DNA of 64,000 bases, from the NCBI RefSeq assembly GCF_018350175.1, contig NC_058368.1, positions 225,496,001 through 225,560,000 on the forward strand, in the 5' to 3' direction. Origin of the DNA: Felis catus. Taxonomy: Eukaryota. The notes beneath the pieces are model-generated. The model was not told the origin of the DNA and ran no database searches. It saw only the letters and a program-made list of their open reading frames with translations. The position numbers and the translations under genes were made by a program. The stretch's first letter is position 1. Each line of letters starts with the position of its first letter. Of this stretch, positions 1 through 11,760 are shown piece after piece.

Positions 1-1363
1 GAGATTTAGAATAAGAGCCCTTCGGTATTTGTTTGTTCCGGCGAACGTACGTGAAGAGTCTTCTTAGGGTCCGGGTGCCGGCTCTCCCGTTGGTAGCCGG
101 GACTACTGTCGTCATCCTGCGTCCTCAGTGAGTGAAAGTCACTCAAGCATGGCTCGTTAGCCTCATTCAGGTGGAGGTGGCCCCATCCCTCACAATCCTG
201 TGAAAAACACACTGCACTGGCCAGCAGGAGAAGCCAGGTGGCTGTCCTCCTGGGACTGAGGTCCAGCCACGGGCTCCAGAGGGTCCCCGAGACATGCCAG
301 CCCTGGACTTCTGGATGACACCTTGTGTGGGGGAGAGGGTCGGAGAGAGCCCCGAAGAGGAGAAATGAAGACTGAATCCACATGGGACTGATCTGGGTCC
401 AGGGTGGCCCCAGACAGTTGCCGGCACCAAAGGAGCACTGAGACCACTTTGAGAAAAGCAGCCCACGTCTAAAGGTGCCTAAAGGTGGCACTTGCCTGGC
501 CCTTAAGGCGATGCTCTTCTAAGGTATTGGCAGGCTGCAGACCACAAGTTGGATTAAGAGGTACTACAAAGGGTATTACAGGGCTTGCTGTATCCTTGGA
601 AGGGCTGGAGGAGTGGGTTTTTAGGTCTCCAGAAACAATTCTGAGAACCACAGCCCGGAATGGGCCTGGTGAGTCGGGGCCTCCCCGCCTACCCCCCCCC
701 CCCCCCCAAGGCACCTGCTGCCGCTCCTGCTGGCCGGGTAGTCGCTGCCCTCACGGCTGACCACAGATCCACTCAACTCTGTCACAAACAGGGTCACCCC
801 CATTTGCACTCCAAGCCCCCATTTCCCCCGAGGAGGGGAAACCTCGAGTGGGTGCGTGGGACTGGTAGAACTGAAGTCACATGTTTGGAGCAAAAGAAGC
901 TTGAATATTCTCCGTTGGGCTAGAGGGATTCACATCATGAAGGCCCCTCTCAGCACGTGATAGGATCATCAGAAGACCCGGGGCAGCTCTAGGTGACAGA
1001 GCCCTGCTCATCAAGGTGGCCGAATGCTATCGTTCCACGAATCAATATAGGCCGGTTGGTAGAAGGTGATGAAGACAGTGAAGATTTAGTTTGGGCACGT
1101 GAAGGGGGAGAAGGAACCCGGGGAGGAAACAATCAACAGGGGTGTGGGAATACGTGGCTGGAGTTACGGACGTGGGATCAATTTCCGAGGAGACCGGAAG
1201 TGACGGACCGCGTGCGGCAGCCACGTGAGCGTGGGGAAGAGGAAGTGTGTTTAGGATTGAGTGTATTTCAGAGGCGGAAGGAGAGCAGGGGCCCGTAAAA
1301 GTGGCAGCGAAAGTGCTCCAAGAGACGCGGAAGCCGGACAAATGCAGCGCTCTCAAAGCTAGG

Positions 1364-1545
1364 CAGGACTGGCTACGTAATTTTCAGGGCCCCGTGCAAA
1401 ACAGAAGAACGGGGCCCCTTGTTCAGAAGTCGGTGAGGAGTTTGAGACATCACAACAGAGTATTAGCCCAAGCCCAGGGCCCCTTCTGAGCATCGGGTCC
1501 TGTGCGGCTCCCTCTCCAGGCTGCCGGCTCTGGAAGCTGGCCCGG
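1364..1545 (-). mobile_element. MER45A-like hAT DNA transposon fossil
   Basis: CAGGACTGGCTACGTAATTT...GGGGCCCCTTGTTCA...GAAGCTGGCCC matches the recalled reverse complement of MER45A end to end. Confidence 0.75.
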
Positions 1546-1813
1546 GAGCTGAGAAGTTCGAGAGTTCCAGAGGAGGGGCGACGTCAAGGGAGATGACATT
1601 TGAGAACGGGCTGTTGAATTTGATTATTTCAAGGTCACGGTGATCTTCGCGAGGGTGGAATTGCGGGCAAATTATCTGATTGGAAGCGGTGGGAGAGCTG
1701 ATGGTTCAAAGAGGAAGGCATAGAAAGTGACAAGGATGGGGCTTGAAGAGATGGCCCAGTAGTTCAGAGAGCAAGTAGGTTAGGAAACATCCATGTATTT
1801 AAAATTTATTTTA

Positions 1814-2034
1814 GGGGCGCCTTGGTGGCTCAGTCGGTTGAGCGTCCGACTTGGGCTCAGGTCATGATCTCACGGCTCGTGAGTTCGAGCCCCATGTCGG
1901 GCTCTGTGCTGACGGCTCGGAGCCTGGAGCCTGCTTTGGATTCTGTGTCTCGCTCTCTCTCTGCCCCTAACCCACTCGCATTTTGTCTCTGTCTGTCTCT
2001 CTCAAAAATAAATAAACATTAAAAAAATTTTTTT
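1814..2034 (+). mobile_element. Can-SINE (feliform SINEC)
   Basis: GGGGCGCC..TGGCTCAGTCGGTT head, B box, (CT)n linker, AATAAA/A tail; TSD AATTTATTTTA. Confidence 0.95.
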
Positions 2035-2045
2035 AATTTATTTTA

Positions 2046-2215
2046 ATATTTATTTATTTTTGAGGCGGGGAGGGGCAGAGAGAGAGGGGGACAGAGGATC
2101 CGCAGAGGGCTCTGCACGGATAGCGGAGAGCCTGAGGAGGGGCTCCAACTCATGAACTGTGAGATCGTGACAGGAGCCCAACTCGACTTGACCGACTGAG
2201 CCACCCAGGGCCCCC
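2046..2215 (-). mobile_element. Can-SINE (tail interrupted by the preceding SINE)
   Basis: Reverse-complement SINE body; TSD GAAACA(T/G)CCAT at 1784-1794 and 2217-2227. Confidence 0.9.
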
Positions 2216-2929
2216 AGAAACAGCCATTTGCAAGTGGAACAGACACAAACACATTTATTGGCTTGAATAACACAACCAGGAAAAACTGAAAAATCAAGAA
2301 AGGAGAGTAAGCGAAGACACGAGGTTGGGAAGTGGTAAACATGTTGTGATTCACGGAAAGTCCGCTTCAGAGCCGCTCTGGAACAATGAAAGAGCAGGAA
2401 GATACAAAGAAATCAAGGAGAATGGGGCCGTCACAGTCTCTAAGCAGGCAGAGTATATCACCCTGGAGGGTTTCAACGAGTTGGATTCCATTTGTTTATC
2501 ACATTCAACAGATCCAGGACCTCGCACTTTAAAAGGAAACAGATTCATTTGTGAAAACCATCCTCTGTGCTTCTGTGGGCCATCAGTTTAGAAAGCATTC
2601 CCTCTGTAGTCTGGAGCCATGGGGATTTAGTTAGAATCTGCTATCCACTGAGTGGCCTGCTTCTGATGAGGTCAATTACATCTTAGCCCAAGTCCATCGT
2701 GTTTAGAAAACAAGGAAGAGTAGCAGATTCATTTTTTTTTTAAATGTCTTATCCCTGCTTAATTTCTGTTGATTCTTTTGCACTTGTTTAGTTCTATTAC
2801 AGGGTAAAACACTTCACATCATTTCACCACCAATTTTATTCTTGCTCGGCAAATCTTTCCCAATCATTCTCAGTTTCACATGGAAAGAAAAATCCCTTCA
2901 GGGCTTTTGAATTGCAAGTTATGAGAAAT

Positions 2930-2931
<2 letters not shown>

Positions 2932-2971
<40 letters not shown>
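2932..2971. repeat. (CA)n microsatellite
   Basis: About 20 units read directly. Confidence 0.97.
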
Positions 2972-2974
<3 letters not shown>

Positions 2975-3658
2975 TTTGTCTACAAGTTTCAAGAACATGT
3001 AAAAATGCCCTTCATTTTTGTTCAGAAAAGCAAATACATTTAATTTTTAAAATATCCAAGATTATAGGTGAACCCAAAGAACACCCGTTGTTTAGTGGAG
3101 CATGAAAAACAGGATTTTAGAGTTGTGTCAGTTATTAACTTCTAATTTGTGTGAAAGAACCTTCCTGCACTTTCCCTTTCGATACCTAGTAATTAAACCA
3201 TTACTCTGACGGGAGCAATTACAGGTGAGTATTTAATAAAAACAAAAGTAATGGAAAAGGTTCTATACACGAAGACACAACCAGGTTAGGAACTGGTAGC
3301 AGCCACAGAACAACAACAAAGAACTCGATTTGAAATCACCAAGGAAGTTAAGACAACACACTTCAAATAAAATCAAACAAACACACGGTGGAAAACAAAA
3401 ACAGAGGGAGATCATATTACTTCATTCATTATATACCCTACATGAGTCTCCCTTTGTGTGGGGAAATGGCCCCAATTGTATTAAAATAAATCTTTCAGCA
3501 GTGTGGGTTAATTTTTGCAGCTAAATAAGAGAACGTAGCCTGAGCTGCTTTGGTGTTTTGTTTTGAAAATGACAATTAGCACGGAGTCTTTGAGAAATAA
3601 GGATAATCGGAAGGAATTTTGTCTCCGGAAATGTGCCCATTCTGTCATTAACATTCTT

Positions 3659-3866
3659 GGGGCGCCTGGGTGGCTCAGTTGGTTAAGCGTCCCTTCAGCT
3701 CAGGTCATAATCTCCAGGTCCGCGAGTTCGAGTCCTGCATCGGGCTCTGTGCTGACAGCTCAGAGCCTGGAGTCTGCTTCCGATTTTGTGTCTCTCTCTG
3801 GGCTTCCCTTGCTCATGTTCTGTCTCTCTCTGAAAAATAAACATTAAAAAAACCACATACACACAC
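3659..3866 (+). mobile_element. Can-SINE
   Basis: Canonical head, body and tail; TSD ACATTCTTG. Confidence 0.93.
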
Positions 3867-4213
3867 ACATTCTTGAGCCTGTCACTTGTTAAGAGGGCAA
3901 CTGTTTTAGCCTAATCAGCTTTGACCAATGGGTAAGACAGCTTCTTAAAAGGAAGCACATAACTTTAAAAAACTGGTAAGAAGAATAGATATTCTTAGAG
4001 ATCTATCGATTTAAATTGCTTCCCCTTCTCTGTCCAATTTTGTCTAGGCCCTTGTAAATTTAACACGGTCCTTTTCAACAATGGATTCCAAATGCTTAAA
4101 ATAACATGCACTTTGCTGTTTGTTCCACAGTCTTACTGTTGCAGTTCATCTTTATGCCTTTTGGAGAATGTACGTTTATACAGAAAATCTGATGAATTCT
4201 GATAACCACAAGG

Positions 4214-4498
4214 AGTGATTCTCAAACTCAGAATTGCCTACTTGGGTGCTTACTAAAATGCTGATTTTTAGGCACTCAGCCCACCCCTGAGATTCACAGT
4301 TATATATACATATATATATATATACATATATATGTACGCATATATGTATATATATACATATATACATGTATATATGTACATGTATATATACATACATGTA
4401 TATATGTATATATATATACGCATATATATATATACACACATATATGTACATATATATTTTTTTCTTTTGTAACAACTGTTTCAGGAGATTTTGATGAA
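4214..4498. mobile_element. MER5A-like hAT fossil interrupted by a TA-rich microsatellite
   Basis: AGTGATTCTCAAACT start, TAAAATGCTGAT, CCCACCCC, AACAA..CAGGAGATTTTGATG motifs. Confidence 0.5.
4301..4457. repeat. Degenerate (TA)n/(TATG)n/(TACA)n microsatellite
   Basis: Largely alternating purine-pyrimidine, AT-rich run read directly. Confidence 0.95.
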
Positions 4499-4514
4499 GT
4501 GGTGTAAACTTTTT

Positions 4515-4727
4515 TTTTAATTTTTTTTAACGTTTATTGATTTTTGAGACAGAGACAGAGCATGAACAGGGGAGGGGCAGAGAGAGAGGGAGACACAGAA
4601 TCGGAAGCAGGCTCCAGGCTCCAAGCCATCAGCCCAGAGCCCGACGCAGGGCTCGAAATCACGGACCGCGAGATCGTGACCTGAGCCAAAGTCGGATGCT
4701 TAACCGACTGAGCCACCCAGGTGCCCC
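4515..4727 (-). mobile_element. Can-SINE (feline type)
   Basis: Full-length; perfect TSD TGGTGTAAACTTTTT (4500-4514, 4728-4742). Confidence 0.96.
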
Positions 4728-4874
4728 TGGTGTAAACTTTTTAAATAAATATAATAATTCAGTAAAAATCAACCCTTATGTATTGGATCTGGCTCACAAC
4801 TCTTTATATGAGTCACAGTGGGGGTAATTATTAACTATATCTTCTTGATCAACAGGGAAGTGACCTTTAAAAAA

Positions 4875-5022
4875 TTAATAGACTTTACGTTTTTGAGCAG
4901 TTTTAGGATTACAGAACAATTGAAAGGGAAGTGTCCCCTCACCGCCCCCCTCCCCCCAGTCTCTGTAATTAATGTGCTGTATTGGTGTGGTACATTTGTT
5001 ACAACTGAGAAGCCAGTACTGG
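4875..5022 (-). mobile_element. Old L1 (L1MC/MD-like) 3' fragment
   Basis: GAGCAGTTTTAGG..ACAG and GTGTGGTACATTTGTTACAA motifs typical of ancient L1 3' ends. Confidence 0.6.
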
Positions 5023-5597
5023 AAAGTGACTTTGAAAGGACATGGCCAAGGCCGCGCAGGACATTGGTGGCTGGGTTGATGCCTGGAACCCAGCCACACC
5101 CACACACTGGCTTGAACAAGCTGCCTGGTAATTTCTCTTGAGAGATGTTCTATACAGATTAACACCAAAATGACTGTTAATTGTTTTACGCCAGTATCTG
5201 GGCACAGGTGGCCCCAGGACTCGTTTGAGCACTTTGGCTGGTGCCTGGGATTGTTGGTATTTATCCTGGCCCCACCTTAATTTTGCTGGCAACCCGGGAC
5301 ACAAGCTTCCATGGCTTAGGTGTGTAAACATGTGAATCCGGGCACTAGCATAGCACGCTGTCACCAATTAATTTACAAATTGACTCTTTCCAAAGGGAAG
5401 CGGGGTGGGTATGAGGAGATTTATGCTGAAGCGCTGCTCTGAGATTCGGGTTACAGACACACGTGGATTTTCACCTAAGGATTACAGAAGGATGCTACAT
5501 CCATTCATTCTCTGAGACAGGCTGGGGATACAAATTTTAAAGCACAGTTCCCTCTGTTAAGGAGCTTCAATTCTCCCAACTGAAGAAAGGACACCAG

Positions 5598-5678
5598 AAA
5601 AACAAAACAAAACAAAACCCCAAACAAACCAAAAAAAAAAAAAAACAACAACAACAAAAAAAGCAAAAAACAAAAAAA
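5598..5678. repeat. A-rich low-complexity tract (AAAAC/AAC)
   Basis: Read directly. Confidence 0.85.
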
Positions 5679-6089
5679 CCTTAAGCCATACAGTGTCCTC
5701 AACAGTTTTAGGAATAAGGCACACCCCGTGGTGTGTGGCTGGGTAAGTGGCCTGGCATTTCTGGGAAGACTGCCCCTGGAAGATGTGACTTTCTGACTTG
5801 AGTTTTAAAGGATGAGTAGCAGTTGGCAGATCCCCTGGAGAGAACTTCGCAAACCACTTGTGGCGAAGAACTAGTCGTTTTTGTTTCCAATTTGCCAGGT
5901 ACCAATAGGAGAACTCTGCTGTGCCAGGCATGACTCCCCACGAATCCGCCAATACCAAAGCTGGTTTACACTCGGTTGAGAGAGTCCTCCGGTCATTTGT
6001 TTGGCTGTCGAGGCATTTTTAAATGGCTACAAAAGTTCCTAAACCTTTGCTCTCAATTTTTCTACCTGTTACGGACGGGCTTCCGTTTG

Positions 6090-6222
6090 CAGACCAGCAC
6101 AGGGCCTGGTGCCTCCGTTTGAGGGCACCTGGAAGCTTGTTAGAAATGCCCCACTGAATTCCAACCTGTATTTTAATGAGATTCCCAGGTGGTTCCTGTG
6201 CACGCTCAGGTTTAAGGACCTG
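6090..6222. mobile_element. MER5A-like hAT fossil
   Basis: CACCTGGAAGCTTGTTAGAAATGC and CCCAGGTGGTTCCTGTGCACGCTCAGGTTT match the recalled MER5A consensus. Confidence 0.65.
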
Positions 6223-6769
6223 CCTTAGAGGAAACAACTCCGTATCAGGTGGTTTGATCCTTCACCTCACTTCCCTTTGCCGGTTTCCTTCAGGTCTAGG
6301 AAAAGGGTTACATTTTTTTCTGGTGCAACTGGCCATGTCCTCTTCCAGGTTACAAAACTACATTCCCCGGCTGCTAGGAAAACGTCTGTGAACCCGACTG
6401 CAGGACAGAAACTCTACACGGGAAGGCAGCTTCTAGAAATTCTGAACAGCCTCCGTTCTCCGCTTTGATCTGGCCCAACAGCCGGGGCAGCTCGGCCGAC
6501 CGCGCTTCCTTCCCCGGGGTCGCTCATCTGCCGAGCTGCATTAATGAGATCCGTGTTGAGCGGGTTCCAGGGTCCGCTGAAGATCAAAGGCACAAAAGAA
6601 TCCCCCAACCCCTCCTCCCCGGTGACTATTTGGTCTCTATCACCAGAGGGTAGAGTCGACTCCTCCGCCCACGCCTGGATGGGGAGGCGGAGACACCAGA
6701 GGGTGCAGCCCGGCCCTCCCGTCCCCTCCCCTGTCCTCTCCTCTCGCCGCCGAGCGGGCGTCCGCCCCA

Positions 6770-6903
6770 GGCGGGGTGGGCGGGGCCGGACCCTGCCGCA
6801 GCGCGGGGCGGGGTTGGCTGAGGGTTGGGCTCCTGGAGGGGCGGGCGAGTGGGCGGGGCCCAGCTCCTGGAGGGGCGGGGCGGGGCGGGGCTGGTGGGCG
6901 GGG
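6770..6903 (+). promoter_or_regulatory. Sp/KLF GC-box cluster
   Basis: Multiple GGGCGG/GGGGCGGGG motifs, including (GGGGC)4 at 6872-6891. Confidence 0.75.
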
Positions 6904-6939
6904 TGAGTGGTCCTGTCTGCAAATCTCCGCGCAGCGGTG

Positions 6940-7406
6940 AGCCGGCTGAGTCCAGGCGCCCGAACCCTCACCGCGGCGGCGCTCGCTCTGGGGTAGCTAC
7001 TCCGGGCACGCTTTGTGGCCGCTGTCCCCCTGTCGCGGCGAGCGCCTCCGGCTGGGGCGCAGGAGGAGGGGGCGCGCTCCCAAGACCCCCGCCGCCCTCC
7101 CCCAGCCCGGGGGAAGAATGTGTCACCAGCTGTTCTCCGCTCGCGAGCGCTGCGCGCAGAAGTAAGGAACTTGGAGGCAGGGAGACAAAGGCTGCAGTTG
7201 GGACGGATGAGTTAGAGACTTGGGTTTGGGCAAACAAAAGGTGCGAAAGACGAGAAGGGGGTAAGGCGATGGCAGCCGGAGAGCCCCGCGGGCTCGGGTT
7301 CCTGGGAATCGCGCCGTGACACGCATGGTTTCCCCGGACCGTCTGCTGGGCTGACTTCCGCGAGCCGGACGCGGGACTCGGGCAAGTTGGGGAGCGCCCT
7401 GGAACA
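6940..7406 (+). other. MYO10: Probable 5' UTR part of MYO10 exon 1 (transcription start not determinable; start coordinate is an estimate)
   Basis: GC-rich sequence between the GC-box cluster and the start codon. Confidence 0.55.
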
Positions 7407-7427
7407 ATGGACAACTTCTTCCCCGAG
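7407..7427 (+). CDS. MYO10: Myosin X, coding part of exon 1 (MDNFFPE)
   Basis: ATG in strong Kozak context (ACAATGG) inside a CpG island; 7 codons, then a consensus donor GAG|GTGAGT at 7428. Joins in frame (phase 0) to exon 2, giving MDNFFPEGTRVWLRENGQHFPSTVNSCAEG, the recognisable mammalian MYO10 N-terminus. Confidence 0.96.
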
Positions 7428-9337
7428 GTGAGTGCGCTCGCGCCGGCGACCCTGCCGGGACCTGGCCCCCGCGCCCCGGGAGGGATCTACCCACCGCGCC
7501 GCGCGCACGCTTGGGACCCTGTCCTAACTAAGCCCGGGAGGGCAAAACTTTCCGGGAGTCGCCTGAAATCACCCCCGGGGAGTCTCCGGATGAGTAAGCC
7601 GAGGCAGGTTTTGTTTTGTCCCGCGCTCCGGGACGTAGCGAAGGTGAGCCTCCTTCCGCGTGGGTGGCTGGCTCACCGGGTGTCCCTGCGGCGCCCCGCG
7701 CGAGGTGAGGCGGCGGGCGCCGGGCCGCGGCTGTCGGGGTGCGGGAAGCCCAATCGAATGTTCTACCGGGACGTGCCTTTCTCCAAGAAAGTTCTGGTCT
7801 GGTATTTCCTTTGCAAAACGTGCCGGCTTCCTGTGAGAGGGGCACAAACCCTTCCAGAGGAGACGGCTTAATGAAGTGCGAGAAGCGAGGCGAGGGTTTA
7901 ATCATTCACTGTGTTCTCTGCCTACGGGACCTTTGGAGTCTAGGTGGTAGCGCTCCCCAAGATGTGCTCATTCAGGGTTTGAGATCACTCCAGAGGCAGG
8001 GATCAAAAGATCATGTGCTTGTGCTGACGGTCCTTGGCAGATTCTGAATTCGAATTTAAAGAAAATCGTTTGGAGCAAACAATGATTATTTTTAACGTTT
8101 AAGCTGATGCCCCTTTTAGGGCCATTGAGGGCGGGACACCACGGTTACTTGAAACCCTTGACTTGAGAACCTTTTTTTTCTTTTTTTTTCCCCCCTCCCT
8201 GGGATGGAGAGTTACTGTGGTTTCTTGGCTCCCTCTCCTTTCTTGGTTGTGTTTATTTAATAAATTCTGTTTTAAGTTTGAGGTTTGAAGTGGCTCAAAG
8301 TAAACTGAGTTGACTTAAGGGAGTCTGATGTGACTTTCATTGGAAGCCAGGGGACGTTTCGTGAATCCAGGACAGTTTTGGAATCTTCCAGCAAATTAGA
8401 TTGGTGAGGGCTTGCCTCTGTTCGCTAACTTGCTTTATCCTAGTTAATTGGATATAATATTTCAAGTCATTCCCCCTGATGGATGCTTACCTTATTCTTA
8501 GACAACTGTATTTAATGGCCAAAGTAATAAATACATTCTTGCCTAACAGCAATATCCACCTTTTTTCAAGGTGGCATCTCATACGTGATACCCACATTTG
8601 CCGTGAAAAGCAGACTGGAAAGGAATTATCCATTCATATATTTTTTTTTTCTTTTAAGGAAATCTGTGGTTGAGACTATAGCATTTTTTTTTTAACCCAC
8701 AGAGCTTTGTTTTCATGACTGTAAGAAAACACCAGAACTTTTTACTGGAGTTGCAGGTTAACCAAAGATGGACCAGTGGGCTGTGTTTAATTGCTTTCAT
8801 CTGTAAGAAAACCTGGGCTCTGCCTGCAGGACACTAATTCGTATTTTTTTTTTTTTATTTTTTGTGTGTTCTGGGTCCCTTGGGAAAGCTGGTGAGCCGT
8901 AGGATTTGTATTCGGTTTTGTTGGGGGTTTCAGTCCCGTTGAAGCCTGTTTTTGGACCAAGGAGGGGAGGGGGCTTGTGACCTCCCCCTGGGCAGAACTC
9001 TGCCCCCTAGTGCAAGTGGGGGGGAACTGCAGGATAACATGGGACAGCTGTGACCTGCCGGCACTTTCTCTGAAATACTTTTTCCTTACACCATACCTTG
9101 GTTAAGTGTAAGGAGACCTGGTTGTTGGATTTTATTTCAGTGATTAATATGAAGCTGGCCTTTGGCGATCATCTAGTCCATCCCCTTCAGTTTTCTGGAT
9201 GATGGATCTTAGCCTACAGATGTCAAGTCACAAGCCCAAGGTTGAAGAGCTTATTACAGAATCCAGAGCCTTTTTTCTCTGTTGCTGGTGACTCGTGTAT
9301 TTGGGGGAAATTTTCATTTATTTAAAGTTATGCTTTT

Positions 9338-9574
9338 GGGGCGCCTGGGTGGCTCAGTAGGTTAAGCGTCCGACTTCAGCTCAGGTCATGATCTCGTGGT
9401 CTGTGAGTTCAAGCCCTGTGTCAGACTCTGTGCTGACAGCTCAGAGCCTGGAGCCTGCTTTGGATTCTGTGTGTGTGTGTGGTGTGTGTGTGTGTGTGTG
9501 TGTGTGTCCCCTGCTCATGCTCGCGCTTGCTCGCTCTCTCTCAAAAATAAAAACATTAAAAAAAAAACAAAAAA
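9338..9574 (+). mobile_element. Can-SINE with an internal (TG)n expansion
   Basis: Canonical head; (TG)n at about 9467-9507; TSD TTATGCTTTT. Confidence 0.94.
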
Positions 9575-10114
9575 GATTTATGCTTTTAAGCTTGTGATGT
9601 ATTTGTAGTACAATATTCTAATCAACATTCAAAGTTCCACCCATAATTGGAGTGACCTTGGGAGGCCATCAAGGCCAGTCAGGGAGGCAACACGGTGCTG
9701 TATTAGAGACAAACTCTTAATATAGATCCTGTTTGTCTCCGGTAGTGTCTTCTAACAGGCCATCCTTTTGTTAAATTTCGTGAAATTCTCCAGTGAAGAA
9801 AATCATGGGATGTCCTGTCACAGGAGAAACAGTAACTGTGAAAGTGATATGTTTCCAAGGACAGCAAAACTGTACCGACTCATCGCTAAGTAGTGCCCTG
9901 GTAACTGGTGTCTTTGCTAACTTTTTCCATTGTGATTTAGGCATAATGACTTGTTGCTTGTTGGACAGCAGTTTGAGGCTAACTAACACTAGCAATTGAG
10001 AAAAAAAAAGGGGGGGGGGAACAAGATGTTGCATGTATTAGCTTTATGTGAGCATGGCCAGACAATAGCAGAATGGGAGCTTCTTGTGACTAGCAGCTGC
10101 TGTTTAGAGCGGGA

Positions 10115-10324
10115 CCAGGATTTCTCAAACCGGGTGCCATTGACATTGTGGCTCCGTTCATTCTTTGCTGTCGGGAGCCGGCCCTGTGCCTTGTAGGATG
10201 TTGAACATCACCTGTCTCTACCCAGTAGGTGCTAGCAGAACCCCCAAGTTGTGACAACCGAAATGTTCCCAGACGTTGCTTCATGAGCCACCGGGAGTGA
10301 AATCACTCCTAATTGAGAACCACG
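10115..10324 (-). mobile_element. MER20 (hAT-Charlie) fossil
   Basis: CAGGATTTCTCAA...GTAGGATGTT...GTTGTGACAACCGAAATGT...TTGAGAACCAC matches the recalled MER20 consensus. Confidence 0.85.
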
Positions 10325-11760
10325 GAGCCAGCCCGTGGAGCGTTGCCTCGTGGAATTGATTCCTGTGCATGTTGCAAGCACAGCCTTCTGGCCTGCGTTT
10401 GCCTGCTGTAAAAAGCCATCAGGGCTTTTACTGCAGGCCAGCGAGATGCCCATGAGGTTTGTGCCGTCCACTGATGGCTACCGACCTCAGAATGTTCCTC
10501 GGGATTGGAGAGGCCGAGGGCCCCACACTCCCCATGCAGTTCCTTCGTGACCTTACATTTTCATGGCTTCTCAATTAAATTGTGTGTGCACTTCTGGGAA
10601 AACTCATTTTTTCAGCGTTTGGAGTTAAGCTGTTAAAAAGTTTGGTGTTGGCAGAAACTAAGTTGGGGTATGTCTGTAACCAGAAGCCCCTTTTTTTTTT
10701 TTTTTTTAAGCAAAGAGAAAAGGCTCAACCAAGTGGCAAGATTATTTTGCAAACATGTTGTTGATATTTTGAAGTGGATGGTGTTTCCGTGTCCCTGGGG
10801 CCACGTAGGCAGCTAGGGTAGTGGAGGGGCGGGTACGTACCAGCTGAACACATACAGGAGCTGGACTTTTCTATTTGAGGAAAAGGTATGGCCCCTGGCC
10901 ATGTAAACAAAAGATCTTTTGAGGATTATTGATGGAAGGTATAGGACTGCTTTGATTTTCAGAATAAATATGTAAAATGTCTGTAAGTGTCATGAATACA
11001 AGCATAGAAGGCAGGTTATTAACGTCTTGAGATACATTGTTGGTGAAAATGTCCCTGCTACGCCCATTTCTTACTCTCAGGTGGAATCACCTTCCTTGTT
11101 TCCACTTAATTTGGGAAGGTGTCTTGGTTTTGATTGTTAACCTAGAGTTCAAATAGCTTTTTAAGCTGGAAGTCATTCTTGAGCCTATTTCTCTCCCCCC
11201 TTCTATAGTATTTTTATTTTGTTTTAGGTCTCAGTGATATTTATTGCCTCGAGCAAAAAAAAAAAAAAAAATCAAGACTTATTTTTCGGGCTCCTTGTTC
11301 CGGCAGATCCTGAAGCCGACTCCTCTGGCAATGATAAAATAGAGTCGGGCTGTTTGCTGGGGTCCTCCTTTTTCACAATGGAGTTATAGCGCCTTGCCTT
11401 TTCTGCACGCTCGGTCAAGGTTTCTGTTGTCAGATACTCATTTTTTGGCCCCTGCCATGTTGGGGACAGCAGAGCCCTGAGAGCAGCTGTAAACTGGACA
11501 GTTGTTACCAGCAGGGAGCCCTGATCTCCCTGGCCTGGCAGGGAGGGGCTGCTCTCCCCATATCGTGTGGCTTGCTGTTCTCACCTCTCAAATCAGGCAC
11601 GAACCAGCATGGGCGGGGCCTCCACTGTTTAATCAGAGTGGTGGCAAGGGAGGGCGGTGTTTGCTTTTTTAGCTCTGCTGGCTTTAAGTGGGGTCACCTC
11701 TAAGGACACTCGCCTTGAATGTGCCCTTCCATTGAAATTGATTAAGAAATCGGAGACTTT

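Larger units (their letters stand above)
6450..7800. promoter_or_regulatory. CpG island / TATA-less promoter of MYO10
   Basis: Very high GC and CpG density compared with the flanks; overlaps exon 1; no SINEs. Confidence 0.9.

Noticed and set aside
1814..1900. tRNA-like A and B boxes at SINE heads (this copy and all others)
   Set aside because: tRNA-derived SINE promoters followed by a (CT)n linker and A tail; not tRNA genes.
7407..7871. 154-aa ORF starting at the MYO10 ATG
   Set aside because: Only the first 7 codons are exonic. The rest is read-through past the consensus donor into GC-rich, stop-poor intron.
6414..7905. Many overlapping Pro/Arg/Gly-rich ORFs on both strands
   Set aside because: Expected by-product of CpG-island composition; no recognisable domain.
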